Shown: positions 1 through 11,834 of the stretch, piece by piece | How positions within the stretch are numbered: the stretch's first letter is position 1 | How the letters are laid out: each line of letters opens with the position of its first letter | NCBI GenBank assembly: GCA_002269645.1 | Contig: NIVC01000168.1 | Span: forward strand, 1 to 64,000 | Length of the DNA: 64,000 nt | Direction: 5' to 3' | Origin: Macrostomum lignano | Taxonomy: Eukaryota | The notes under the pieces: generated by a model | Databases searched by the model: none | What the model saw: the letters and a program-made list of their open reading frames with translations, nothing else | What the model was told of the DNA's origin: nothing | Program-made: the position numbers and the translations under genes

Positions 1-400
1 CCACCCATAACACCACCACCCCATAGCACCAACCACCCCACAGCAATCGCCACCCCACAGCACTCGCTATTCCATAAAAACCACTACACCATAGCACCCA
101 CCACCACAGCACTCGCCACCCCACAGCACACGCCACCCCACAACAACCACCACCCCAAAGCACCCACCCCCACAGCACTCGCCACCCCACAGCACACGCC
201 ACCCCACAACAACCACCACCCCAAAGCACCCACCACCCCACAGCACTCGCCACCCCACAGCACTCGCTACCCTACAGCACCCGACCCCACAACACCCACC
301 ACCCTGCACTCGCCACCTCACGGCACCCGCCACCCACGGCACCCGCCACCCAGCAGCACCCACCGCCAAAGCACTTGCAAATAGCACCCACCACTCCACA
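1..400. repeat. C/A-rich degenerate tandem repeat (GCCACCCCCACAGCAC-like units), truncated by the window edge
   Basis: Recurring gccacccccacagcac / accaccaccccaaagcac blocks. The 67..399 ORF is their low-complexity translation. Confidence 0.85.
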
Positions 401-1805
401 CCACAGCAAACACCTTGTCCACGAGTAAACCTTTTCTACAAGGGTGGCTAAATGTAATGAAACTGCATATATCTAAATACTTTTACATCTCTTCGATGGA
501 ACAGTAATAAAAACAAAGAAATAAGACGCATATTTTTAATTCACGCATAAAATTGCTGTGTATACTCGTGTATATAGTGATAATTACGCTCGTAATCAAT
601 ATTGACCCGATCTTTAAGCTTTTCAAATGAAACTTTTTATTAATTATAATCATAAGCAATATACAGAAAAACACAAGCAAAGCAAACAGGAATAACTTGA
701 TGATAGTAAGCTAGCAGCGCATTTTATTTATATTAAATTTATAAATGTATATTATATCAATAATTTAAGATCCCAAGAACCTCGCAAAATACCTTCATAT
801 CCTAAAGACTTCCCATCTGTCACAATCCCCATCCGTCACGGTCCTCATAACCACAATTCCAATGCGTCACGATCCCATCCATAAAAATCCCCAACGCTTC
901 ATACCCCCCCCCCCCAAATGTTCTTAACGACAGTACACAAATAAAAATAATTATTGTTAATGCGATTTTAAAAGAGCTTGCATTGCACAAAACCTTTGGG
1001 GAATGTAAAAAAAACTCGGGCAATTAACAACACAATCACCTAATTGAGCTGGCAGTTTAACTGATTAGCAAATAATGCGCAGTTGATAACTCGGAAAAAA
1101 AACTTGAACAAATCATAGGACAGATAAGCGAGACAGACCAATATTCTATAGTTAAGTCTTCTTATTTTGTTATAAATTTGATCGATAATTACTCGTATAT
1201 GATAATTGACACATCAATTTGAAGTTGGCATTCAAATGCAGTTTTACTGAAGCACTTTCGAATTCGAAAGCAAGCAAGCAAATTTTCTCTCGTTCAAGTT
1301 TATTGAAAGCTATTGTCTTTCCAAGAAATACTACCGGATTCCGTATTGATGCTTTCCAAAACCCCTTTAATACCTTTTCAACTTTGAATCTGTTGCAGTG
1401 AGTGAAATTCGTCAAACACAGACACTCAGAATTTGACTTATGGGATAGGTAAAACCTTTTTGTCTATGGCAGAAAGCTGAGCAAAGTGACATCATTCTGA
1501 GAAATAATTGAACTGTGTCTGTAACGGCCTGCCTCTCTGCCTCTTGTCACAATGCTACGAGTAGTAACTTACGATTTTTAAAACTAGAATTGATTTTCAC
1601 TTCCATAAATAATTCTTTGTTAGTTGTGAGTTGACCTTCATTTCTTCGTCGAAAATTTTCTAAAAAAACTTCATTTAGGATTCCTGGCAAGTCCAGAAGA
1701 TGAGAGGAGCGAACTGGATTAAACTATTATTGTTTTGTTCTTTCAAGTAAAAAAATCATTGTTGACATAAGGTCAATCGGTTTTAGTCTGCCTGGCTTGA
1801 TGCTG

Positions 1806-2187
1806 TCAAGACTCGAACCCGGTGCTCGCTAATAAGATGTCGAACTGTTGGGGCGCAGCAGCAGCAGCATCAGAAGCACTGCCAGACTGTTGAACCAAAC
1901 CAACTGGACCTTTCTCACAGTCGGCGCAGATCAAATATCGCCCGTCAACAGTGTTAGTGAAGCCAATATTTTCAAACTGCATCATGTCGAGTACGCACCA
2001 CCATTGACCTGGACAAGATTCTAAAGGAAAATCTGACGGCTTGCTAGCCTGTTTGGCGTGCATTGCGGCAGCTGGTGAGTCTCTTCTGATGGACAGATTG
2101 TTGCTACGCCGCCTGCAAAATCAAACTGCCGCAGTATTGACAGGCAAGATTGTGAGGGTTTGTTGAGTCAGCTGGTGCTGATGACAT
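1806..2187 (-). CDS. RABIF: MSS4/RABIF-like Rab chaperone/GEF, reading frame interrupted by two apparent 1-bp deletions (about 127 aa if restored)
   Basis: N-part MSSAPADSTNPHNLACQYCGSLILQA (ATG 2187, first CxxC). Middle GVATICPSEETHQLP in a shifted frame. C-part MHAKQ...WWCVLDMMQFENIGFT...YLICADCEKGPVG (FENIGF and CADCE-GP-G are MSS4 hallmarks). Stop at 1806-1808. Pyrimidine tract plus AG at 2199-2200, just upstream of the ATG. Confidence 0.85.
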
Positions 2188-2260
2188 TGTGGCCACTGCT
2201 GGCAGAAAAAGAAGTGAAATCAGCATACTTTTATACTCTAAAATAGAAGTTGAGACTGTT

Positions 2261-3322
2261 GTGACTCTGTGTAGCCATACTCTAACCCCAGTGACTCTCT
2301 GAGTAGCCATACTCTAACCCCAGTGACTCTCTGAGTAGCCATACTCTAACCCCAGTGACTCTCTGAGTAGCCATACTCTAACCCCAGTGACTCTCTGAGT
2401 AGCTATACTCTAACCCCAGTGACTCTCTGAGTAGCCATACTCTAACCCCAGTGACTCTCTGAGTAGCCATACTCTAACCCCAGTGACTTTCTGAGTAGCC
2501 ATACTCTAACCCAGTGACTCTCTGAGTAGCCATACTCTAACCCCAGTGACTCTCTGAGTAGCCATACTCTAACCCCAGTGACTCTGAGTAGCCATACTCT
2601 AACCCCAGTCTGAGTAGCCATACTCTAACCCCAGTGACTCTCTGAGTAGCCATACTCTAACCCCAGTGACTCTCTGAGTAGCCATACTCTAACCCCAGTG
2701 ACTCTCTGAGTAGCCATACTCTAACCCCAGTGACTCTCTGAGTAGCCATACTCTAACCCAGTGACTCTCTGAGTAGCCATACTTGAACCCCAGTGACTGA
2801 GTAGCCATACTCTAACCCCAGTGACTCTCTGAGTAGCCATACTCTAACCCCAGTGACTCTCAGTAGCCATACTCTAACCCCAGTCTGAGTAGCCATACTC
2901 TAACCCCAGTCTGAGTAGCCATACTCTAACCCCAGTCTGACTCGAACCCCAGTCTGAGTAGCCATACTCTAACCCCAGTGACTCTCTGAGTAGCCATACT
3001 CTAACCCCAGTGACTCTGAGTAGCCATACTCGAACCCCAGTCTGAGTAGCCATACTCTAACCCCAGTGATTCTCTGAGTAGCCATACTCTAACCCCAGTG
3101 ACTCTCTGAGTAGCCATACTCTAACCCCAGTGACTCTCTGAGTAGCCATAATCTAACCCCAGTGACTCTTTGAGTAGCCATAATCTAACCCCAGTGACTC
3201 TCTGAGTAGCCATACTCTAACCCCAGTGACTCTCTGAGTAGCCATACTTCAACCCCAGTCTGAGTAGCCATACTGTAACCCCAGTGACTCTCTGAGTAGC
3301 CATAATCTAACCCCAGTGACTC
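2261..3322. repeat. 32-bp minisatellite (CTCTAACCCCAGTGACTCTCTGAGTAGCCATA), about 33 copies
   Basis: Period 32 read directly (tctaacccca at 2281 and 2313), with shortened variants. Confidence 0.97.
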
Positions 3323-4095
3323 AGATTATAAAGAAACTGAAACAAATAAAAAAGAAAAAATTGTCTGACACAGGGAAAATTAAAATCCGAAGTTATTATA
3401 TTACAATTTATTTTTTTAAACAGCGCCCTTGAAGTCACTGAAAGATAGTTTAGTAGTGGCTCAGTCACAAACGCACACAAACACAAAAACACACTTATTT
3501 TTCTAGATTATTAGACACGGCAGTCAAAAAGAAATTGTCATCGCATACACTGGAAAGTAAAACTTGAGGGCTGAGTTTATTGTATGTCCAACAAAAGCCA
3601 TTTTAAAGGTAATTAAAAATGCCAAAATATGAAATTCATATGATTATTTTTTTACAAAGTTGCATTAAGTTTTTCAAGTTGAACGAAAATAAACAGGCAC
3701 TAGCCGTTATATCGTACTAATAGTAGTACCATAGCGAAGTCAGCACACTTTGTGTACATTTCTAGGTTAGGCAAGAAAAATGCAATATTTTTTTTATAAC
3801 AGAAACTATATTTTTTCTCGGCTGCATTCATATACACTGATTACGTAATATCTTAACAATAATATCGATTGACCTCATTATTTATCAAAAGCGGAACTAA
3901 ATATGGTTTAGAAAATCTTTAATACAATTATAAATCAAACTGAAATAAGCGCAATAAAATTTCTGGATAAACAGATGCAGACAGCTAAAGAGTGCCAATT
4001 GAGAAGGTTTATATAAACAAAAATATTTTACAAATTTCAACGAACCATTGGTCTATGTAATAGGAAGAGATACATATCCTCGGAATACTCGTAGT

Positions 4096-5800
4096 TGTAT
4101 CTGTCCTGTTCACAGGTGTCTGTCATAATCCCATGTATCTGTCCTGTCTACAGGTGTCTATCCTATCAACAGGTGTCTGTCAAATTCCCATGCATCTGTC
4201 CTATTTACAGGTGTCTGTCATATTCCCATGTATCTGTCCTGTCTACAGGTGTCTGTCATATTCCCATGCATCTGTCCTATCAACAGGTGTCTGTCAAATT
4301 CCCATGCATCTGTCCTATTTACAGGTGTCTGTCATATTCCCATGTATCTGTCCTGTCTACAGGTGTCTGTCATATTCCCATGCATCTGTCCTATCAACAG
4401 GTGTCTGTCAAATTCCCATGCATCTGTCCTATTTACAGGTGTCTGTCATATTCCCATGTATCTGTCCTGTCTACAGGTGTCTGTCATATTCCCATGCATC
4501 TGTCCTATCAACAGGTGTCTGTCATATTCCCATGTATCTGTCCTGTCTACAGGTGTCCGTCATATTCCCATGTATCTGTCCTGTCTGTAGACAGGTGTCT
4601 ATCCTATCAACAGGTGTCTGTCATATTCCCATGTATCTGTCCTGTCTACAGGTGTCTATCCTATCCACAGGTGTCTGTCATATTCCCATGTATCTGTCCT
4701 GTCTACAGGTATCTGTCCTATCCACAGGTGTCTGTCATATTCCCATGTATCTGTCCTGTCTACAGGTGTCTATCCTATCCACAGGTGTCTGTCATATTCC
4801 CATGTATCTGTCCTATTTACAGGTGTCTGTCCTATCCACAGGTGTCTGTCATATTCCCATGTATCTGTCCTGTCTACAGGTATCTGTCCTATCCACAGGT
4901 GTCTGTCATATTCCCATGTATCTGTCCTGTCTACAGGTATCTGTCCTATCCACAGGTGTCTGTCATATTCCCATGTATCTGTCCTATTTACAGGTGTCTG
5001 TCCTATCCACAGGTGTCTGTCATATTCCCATGTATCTGTCCTGTCTACAGGTATCTGTCCTATCCACAGGTGTCTGTCATATTCCCATGTATCTGTCCTG
5101 TCTACAGGTATCTGTCCTATCCACAGGTGTCTGTCATATTCCCATGTATCTGTCCTGTCTACAGGTATCTGTCCTATCCACAGGTGTCTGTCATATTCCC
5201 ATGTATCTGTCCTGTCTACAGGTATCTGTCCTATCCACAGGTGTCTGTCATATTCCCATGTATCTGTCCTGTCTACAGGTATCTGTCCTATCCACAGGTG
5301 TCTGTCATATTCCCATGTATCTGTCCTGTCTACAGGTGTTTGTTCTATCCACAGGTGTCTGTCATATTCCCATGTATCTGTCCTGTCTACAGGTGTTTGT
5401 TCTATCCACAGGTGTCTGTCATATTCCCATGTATCTGTCCTGTCTACAGGTGTTTGTTCTATCCACAGGTGTCTGTCATATTCCCATGTATCTGTCCTGT
5501 CTACAGGTGTTTGTTCTATCCACAGGTGTCTGTCATATTCCCATGTATCTGTCCTGTCTACAGGTGTTTGTTCTATCCACAGGTGTCTGTCATATTCCCA
5601 TGTATCTGTCCTGTCTACAGGTGTTTGTTCTATCCACAGGTGTCTGTCATATTCCCATGTATCTGTCCTGTCTACAGGTGTTTGTTCTATCCACAGGTGC
5701 TGTCCTGTTCACAGGTGTCTGTCCTGTCAACCGGTGCCTGTCCTATTCACAGGTGTTTGTCCTATTTACAGGTGTCTGTCCTAGTGTCCTGTTGAAATGT
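4096..5800. repeat. 19-bp-monomer minisatellite arranged as 114-bp then 57-bp higher-order repeats
   Basis: Monomers acaggtgtctgtcatattc / ccatgtatctgtcctgtct / acaggtatctgtcctatcc. Translated periods are 38 aa at the left and 19 aa at the right. Confidence 0.95.
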
Positions 5801-5946
5801 GTCTGCCTACCACACTACCTGTCTTTCTGTCTAATGTCTGTTCCTTCTGTCTGCTTTTACAATTCTTATAGGACGTATCCTCATATCTTAAAAACAGCAG
5901 TCTTATTTATATAAAAATCAATACAGCAAAAAACATAAAAATTCGA

Positions 5947-8900
5947 TCAAAGATCAGGCATTTCATTGCAATCATTGTCGCTACAATCCTTATCATTAGA
6001 ACTACCGTTATTGTTATTATTATTATTAATAGCATACTTGACCAGCTTCCTCTCGGCATTCTTTCGCCTTTTAGTCTCTTCAGCTAGCAGTCGTCTAAGC
6101 GTGAGCACCTCGGCAGCCAGACGGTCCACAGCGGCAGATTTGCTAGCCGCATAGCGCCACGACTGCAACAGCTCAGCAGCTTGAGGCCGTCTGGCCGGAT
6201 CTGGATGAGTCAGCTTCAGGATGACATCGGCTTCTTGCGGATAGCGCAACGCCAGATCGTCGGGCAGTCGATGCTCCCGTCTCAGTTCGTTTAGCAATCG
6301 TTGGCGCTCGTGACCGCTAGAGAACGGCTGGTAGAGCTCGAATAGGATGACCCCTAAGCTGAACATGTCGGTCTTCTGGTCGTACTGCAGGCCGGCCCGC
6401 AGCTCCGGGCTCTGGTAGCTGGCGGTGCCCACAGTGGACATTTTCAAGCGTGGCGCGTCAGCGCGCCTCGGATCTGCCGGGCTGGCTACTGAACGGGCGA
6501 GACCGAAATCCCCGATTCGAACTCGATAGCGGCATCTTGGGGATTGATGGGGGGCATGAAAGATTCGATGGGATTCAACATTTATCGCCTCTTCTACTTT
6601 TCTCCCCGATTCTATCCTTGATTCTACTTTTCTTCTTCCCGATTCTATCCTTGATTCTACTTTTCTTCCCAATTCTTTCCTATTCTATTTTTCTTCTTCC
6701 CGATTCTATCCTTGATTCTACTTTTCTTCTTCCCGATTCTATCCTTGATTCTACTTTTCTTCTTCCCGATTCTATCCTTGATTCTATTTTTCTTTCCGAT
6801 TACATCCTTGATTCTATTTTTTTTCTTTCCGATTACATCCTTGATTCTATTTTTTTTCTTTCCGATTACATCCTTGATTCTATTTTTTTTCTTTCCGATT
6901 CTATCCTTGATTCTACTTTTCTCCTTCCCGATTCTATCCTTGATTCTACTTTTCTTCTTCCCGATTCTATCCTTGATTCTACTTTTCTTCTTTCCGATTC
7001 TATCCATTGATTCTACTTTTCTTCTTCCCGATTCTATCCTTGATTCTACTTTTCTTCTTTCCGATTCTATCCATTGATTCTACTTTTCTTCTTCCCGATT
7101 CTATCCTTGATTCTACTTTTCTTCCCGATTGTATCCTTGATTCTACTTTTCTTCTTCCCGATTCTATCCTTGATTCTATTTTTCTTCCTGATTCTTTCCT
7201 TGATTCTACTTTTCTTCTTCCCGATTCTATCCTTGATTCTATTTTTCTTTCCGATTCTATCCTTGATTCTATTTTTCTTTCCGATTCTATCCTTGATTCT
7301 ATTTTTCTTTCCGATTACATCCTTGATTCTACTTTTCTTCTTCCCGATTCTATCCTTGATTCTATTTTTCTTCCCGATTCTATCCTTGATTCTACTTTTC
7401 TTTCCGATTATATCCTTGATTCTACTTTTCTTCTTTCCGATTCTATCCTTGATTCTACTTTTCTTCTCCCCCAATTCTATCCTTGATTCTATTTTTCTTT
7501 CCGATTCTATCCTTGATTCTATTTGTCTTTCCGATTATACCCTTGATTCTACTTTTCTTCTTTCCGATTATATCATTGATTCTACTTTTCTTCTTCCTGA
7601 TTCTATCCTTGATTCTACTTTTTTTCTTCCCGATTCTATCCTTGATTCTACTTTTATTCTTCGATTCTATCCTTGATTCTACTTTTCTTCCCGATTCTAT
7701 CCTTGATTCTACTTTTCTACCCGATTCTACCCTTGATTCTATTTTTTCTTTCCGATTCTATCCTTGATTCTACTTTTCTTCCCGATTCTATCCTTGATTC
7801 TATTTTTCTTTTACTTTCCTTCCAATTTTATCCTATCTTTTTCTTGACTGTGTTATTGATTTGGATTCTAATTCTATATTTTATTTTCATTTTTACTTTC
7901 CCTTTGAACTGCCATTCTTTAATTCAATTGTCATATAAGTCTACTATAGGCTTATTTGAATTTTTCTAAATTCCCAGTCTCCCCCCCCCTATAATACTAC
8001 TCACTTAGTAGTCTCCGGCGATTCAACCAGTTGCAAAAACACATTCGTGCATTTCAAGTCGCGATGCAGAATGCCCTGACCGTGAATGTACTCAATGCCG
8101 CGAAGGAGCTGATGAAAAATGTCGTGATTCTCGTAGTCGTCAATGACTGGGCCAGTGGGGGCGCTGGTGGAATTTCTCCGATCGAGGTGAGCCTGCAGGT
8201 TGGTGTCGCACAGCTGCATCTGGATGAAGAGCACCAGTTCGCTACTGCGCAGAGTCATCATACGGTTGAGCGGAGCGCGATGCGACAGCGGCATCAGCTG
8301 GTGATGCCGCTTCTTGGATGCTGGCCGTCTGGCATTGCCGCCGTTGCGATGGTTACCGTCTATGGCAGATGATGAAGCCTCTTCGAGGGACAGCACACGC
8401 CTAGCGGTGCGGTTGAAATGCAGTTAATAGTTTCTTAAAGCTCTGGTGACTGTGGGATTTAGCGATATCCCATCGACTCAGCTCCATCCAGGGACTAAGG
8501 AACTGGAAGGCTGGCTCAGCAACTGAGGATCTGAGAAGCTGGCCAAGCAACTGAGGATCTGGAAGGCTGGCTAAGCAACTGAGGATCTGGGAGGCTGGGA
8601 AGTTGGCCAAGCAACTGAGGATCTGGGAAGCTGGCCAAGCAACTGAGGATCTGGGAAGCTGGCCCAGCAACTGAGGATCTGTGAAGCTGGCCAAGCAACT
8701 GAGGATCCGGGAGGCTGATGACCCAGCAACTGAGGATCTGGGAAGCTGGCCAAGCAACTGAGGATCTAGGAGGCTGATGACCCAGCAACTGAGGATCTGG
8801 GAGGCTGATGACCCAGCAACTGAGGATCTGGAAGGCTGGGTGAAGGATCCAGCAACCAAAGATTCTTCAAGATTTTAAATACTGTTAAATCCTATCTCAT

Positions 8901-11834
8901 CTACTTGTAACTCGGTACAGGAGCCGAAGCCAGTTCCGAATCCGAGCCCAGCTGTTGCCAGCTCTCAGCCAGTTCTGCTGTCCAGCCACCATTGGAGCGA
9001 AGTTGCCAATTAATGGCGGAGGTGCCAATTTTTAGCGACCTAAAATTTTATAAGAAAAAAGGAGATAAAGAATGGTAAAATAAAAAGAAAGATAAACGTC
9101 AAAGACGTCAAACTTACAGATCTTTATCAAACTGTTCTTCTCCACTAAGACAAGCTTCGCTATCCTGATAATTTCCCAATGGTTTCCCAGCATCCTTCAT
9201 CCGACTTTTTTCTTCGGCCTCATCGTTGCGAAACACAATCATGGAGTCGGATTGCTCCATTTTAGCAGAATTAGTCGCCGAAGAAGACTTCGAAGACGAT
9301 ATGGACGTTGAAGTCGAAGACGAAGACGTTTCTGATGGCAGCGAATCGCCTCTGGCTTCGCGTTCGCTCTCGCTCAGACTGGTCACTCGGGCGCCGAAGG
9401 CTGCGCCTCTGGGGTGGGTCAGGATGGGATTTTTAATTGTGGGTCAAGATGGGAATTTTATAATTGTGGGTCAAGATTGGAATTTTTAATTGTGGGTCAA
9501 GATGGGATTTTTAATTGCGGGTCAAGATGGGGATTTTTAATTGTGGGTCAAGATTAGAATTTTTTAATTGTGGGTCAAGATGAGGATTTCTCATTGATGG
9601 GTCAAGATGGGGATATCTGAGAGTGGGTCAAGACAAGATGGGAATATCTGAGAGTGGGTCAAGACAAGATGGGAATATCTGAGAGTGGGTCAAGACAAGA
9701 TGGGAATATCTGAGAGTGGGTCAAGACAAGATGGGAATATCTGAGAGTGGGTCAAGATGGGGATATCTGAGAGTGGGTCAAGATGGGGATACATTATCTG
9801 TGCGTGTGTCAAGATGGGGACATTTAAGAGTGGGTCAACATGGTGATTTCTCTTTTATAGGTCAAAATGGGGATTTTTTGTGAGTGAGAGTTATTGAGAG
9901 TTTCTGACAGCAAACTAACTCACTTAGGCAGTATCTCAGTCCAAGAAGCGTGATATCGAACAATATTGCGATGATCTAATCGACAAAGCGTGGCCACCTC
10001 TCGATGAACTCGATGCAGCTCAGTTAGATCAAGCCGTCGAAGGCGAATTTTCTTAATAGCATAGAGACCGCCATCGGTGAGGTTCTTCGCTCGATGGACG
10101 ACACCGAAAGCGCCACTGCCCAATCGAGCTTGCTCTTCAAAGTTGCTCTGATACCAGTTAGGAGTGTTGTCCAGTCTGAATAAATTTTATGCAATAATAA
10201 TTAACTACTATTAGTAATACACTGGCATAGGGAGGCAAAAACAGTAAAGTTGTTGGGCCAATCTAGCGCCACAGACTCGAGACTCTAAGCGGCCAATCTA
10301 GCACCATAAACGAGACTTTAAGCGCCAATCTAGCGCCACAGAAGAGACTCTAAGCGCCAATCTATGCGCCATTGGCGAGACTTTAAGCGCCAATCTAGCG
10401 CCATAGGTGACTATAAGCGCCAATCTAGCGCCACGTGAGACTCTAAGCGCCAATCTAGCGCCACTGGCGAGACTTTAAGCGCCAATCTAGCGCCATAGGT
10501 GACTATAAGCGCCAATCTAGCGCCATAGGTGACTATAAGCGCCAATCTAGCGCCACGTGAGACTCTAAGCGCCAATCTAGCGCCACTGGCGAGACTTTAA
10601 GCGCCAATCTAGCGCCATAGGTGACTATAAGCGCCAATCTAGCGCCATAGGTGACTATAAGCGCCAATCTAGCGCCATAGGTGACTATAAGCGCCAATCT
10701 AGCGCCACGTGAGACTCTAAGCGCCAATCTAGCGCCACTGGCGAGACTTTAAGCGCCAATCTAGCGCCATAGGTGACTTAAAGCACCAATCTAGCGCCAT
10801 AGGTGACTATAAGCGCCAATCTAGCGCCATAGGTGACTATAAGCGCCAATCTAGCGCCATAGGAGACGCTAAGCGCAAATTTAGCGCCGTTTAGATCGTC
10901 AAAAAAGTTTTTTTTGATAAAAAATCAATAAGAAAATCAACAAGAGGCTTACGAAAGTCTTCGAGGAACGTCATCGCAGTTGAGTTTCGGTATAACTATT
11001 GAGCACTGGGAAGACTGAAAAAGAAACAAAAAGATAAAATTTAAGTATTAAAATACAGTACAATTTCTTAAGTTTCGTTCAAACAAAAAATACGATACTA
11101 CTACTTACCAACACCCCGACAGTAGTCTGTTCAAACAATCGGGCAAACGCACTTTCAAAAAGCGGATTTACGGTTAGAAAATTCTTCATAGCCTTAGTCT
11201 TCCAGCGAAGTATGCCGTTAGCGCGTAGCATGCGAAATACGGCTGAAATTGGGTTATTTGATGGAAAAAATACTTGTAAAGTCCATTTCTCTTACTAACA
11301 GTAGGGCGTACAGTATTGGCGCGCTTCTACCTGTTTGCAATCCCTATTCTGCCAGTGCCATGACGTAACTTTTAGACAAAAACAGATGGATAGAACACAA
11401 GGTAACACTCACTCTGAAATTTGACATCAGCTTCATAGTCGTTACTGCTAGACAGTCGGCAAATATGCTTAATAGCTACAGAGCATAGCGTTAATAATCG
11501 ATAATTATCCTGATCGATTTTGCCATCGCCTTGATGTCTAATACTGACAGCTGATGTTGGATCCACTGAGGCGGAGCTTTCAGCGGAGCCAGGGGTGGCC
11601 AATGCAAAAGTGGCATTGTCATCTAGTGTACGACCGCTCGCTGATGACAGCAGAGTACCCGCTGGGCGCTCCAGTGGATCTTCAAATCAGTTAGGAGTGA
11701 CAGCAAAATTATAACACAGTAATTTACAACTAATTACCATAGTTACTATATAAAATATAAAATTTTAGGCAAGAACTTAACTACTCACCATCAAACTGCA
11801 GAATTGGCATATTAGCCACTAATTGCCTTCTCAT
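5947..11834 (-). CDS. EIF2AK1: HRI-like eIF2-alpha kinase, 9 coding exons, about 723 aa
   Basis: Exons (minus): 11834-11789, 11679-11413, 11242-11109, 11014-10953, 10175-9924, 9408-9118, 9039-8905, 8400-8005, 6535-5947. All introns are GT-AG with compatible phases, total 2172 nt. Motifs: LGSGAFGVV, YAIKKI, EVATLCRLDHRNIVRYHASW, long kinase insert, LFIQMQLC, HRDLK, IGDFGLA, VGTASYQSPE, DMFSLGVILFEL. The HRI-type N-terminal domain (KHICRL) and C-terminal coiled coil favour HRI over PERK/GCN2/PKR. The start codon is inferred (acceptor at 11880-81 upstream). Confidence 0.88.
6595..7810. repeat. 33/30-bp pyrimidine-rich minisatellite (CCCGATTCTATCCTTGATTCTACTTTTCTTCTT) in kinase intron 8
   Basis: The 11-aa period RIKDRIGKKKS in the ORF track. 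It lies within intron 6536-8004. Confidence 0.97.
8500..8855. repeat. 28-31-bp minisatellite (GCAACTGAGGATCTGGGAAGCTGGCCAA) in kinase intron 7
   Basis: About 12 copies of caactgaggatc inside intron 8401-8904. Confidence 0.95.
9423..9870. repeat. Composite 25-31-bp minisatellite (GATGGGA...GTGGGTCAA) in kinase intron 5
   Basis: gatgggatttttaattgtgggtcaa units followed by gatgggaatatctgagagtgggtcaagacaa units, inside intron 9409-9923. Confidence 0.9.
10250..10890. repeat. 30-32-bp minisatellite: constant GCGCCAATCTAGCGCC plus three alternating spacer variants, kinase intron 4
   Basis: Spacers ataggtgactataa, acgtgagactctaa and actggcgagactttaa recur in a pattern. Confidence 0.95.

Noticed and set aside
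2085-2107. 22- or 25-nt GT-AG micro-intron restoring the MSS4 frame
   Set aside because: It is far shorter than any other intron here (minimum about 78 nt) and would delete the family-like GVATICPSEETHQLP segment.
4095-5914. 566-aa and 593-aa Cys-rich ORFs
   Set aside because: They are translations of the 19/57-bp minisatellite, open in several frames at once.
6450-7969. Lys/Arg-rich and Leu/Phe-rich ORFs on both strands
   Set aside because: They are translations of the 33-bp intronic repeat, bounded by good splice sites of the kinase.
10250-10890. CRISPR array
   Set aside because: The spacers are 14-16 bp and recur, the array lies in a spliceosomal intron, and there are no cas genes.
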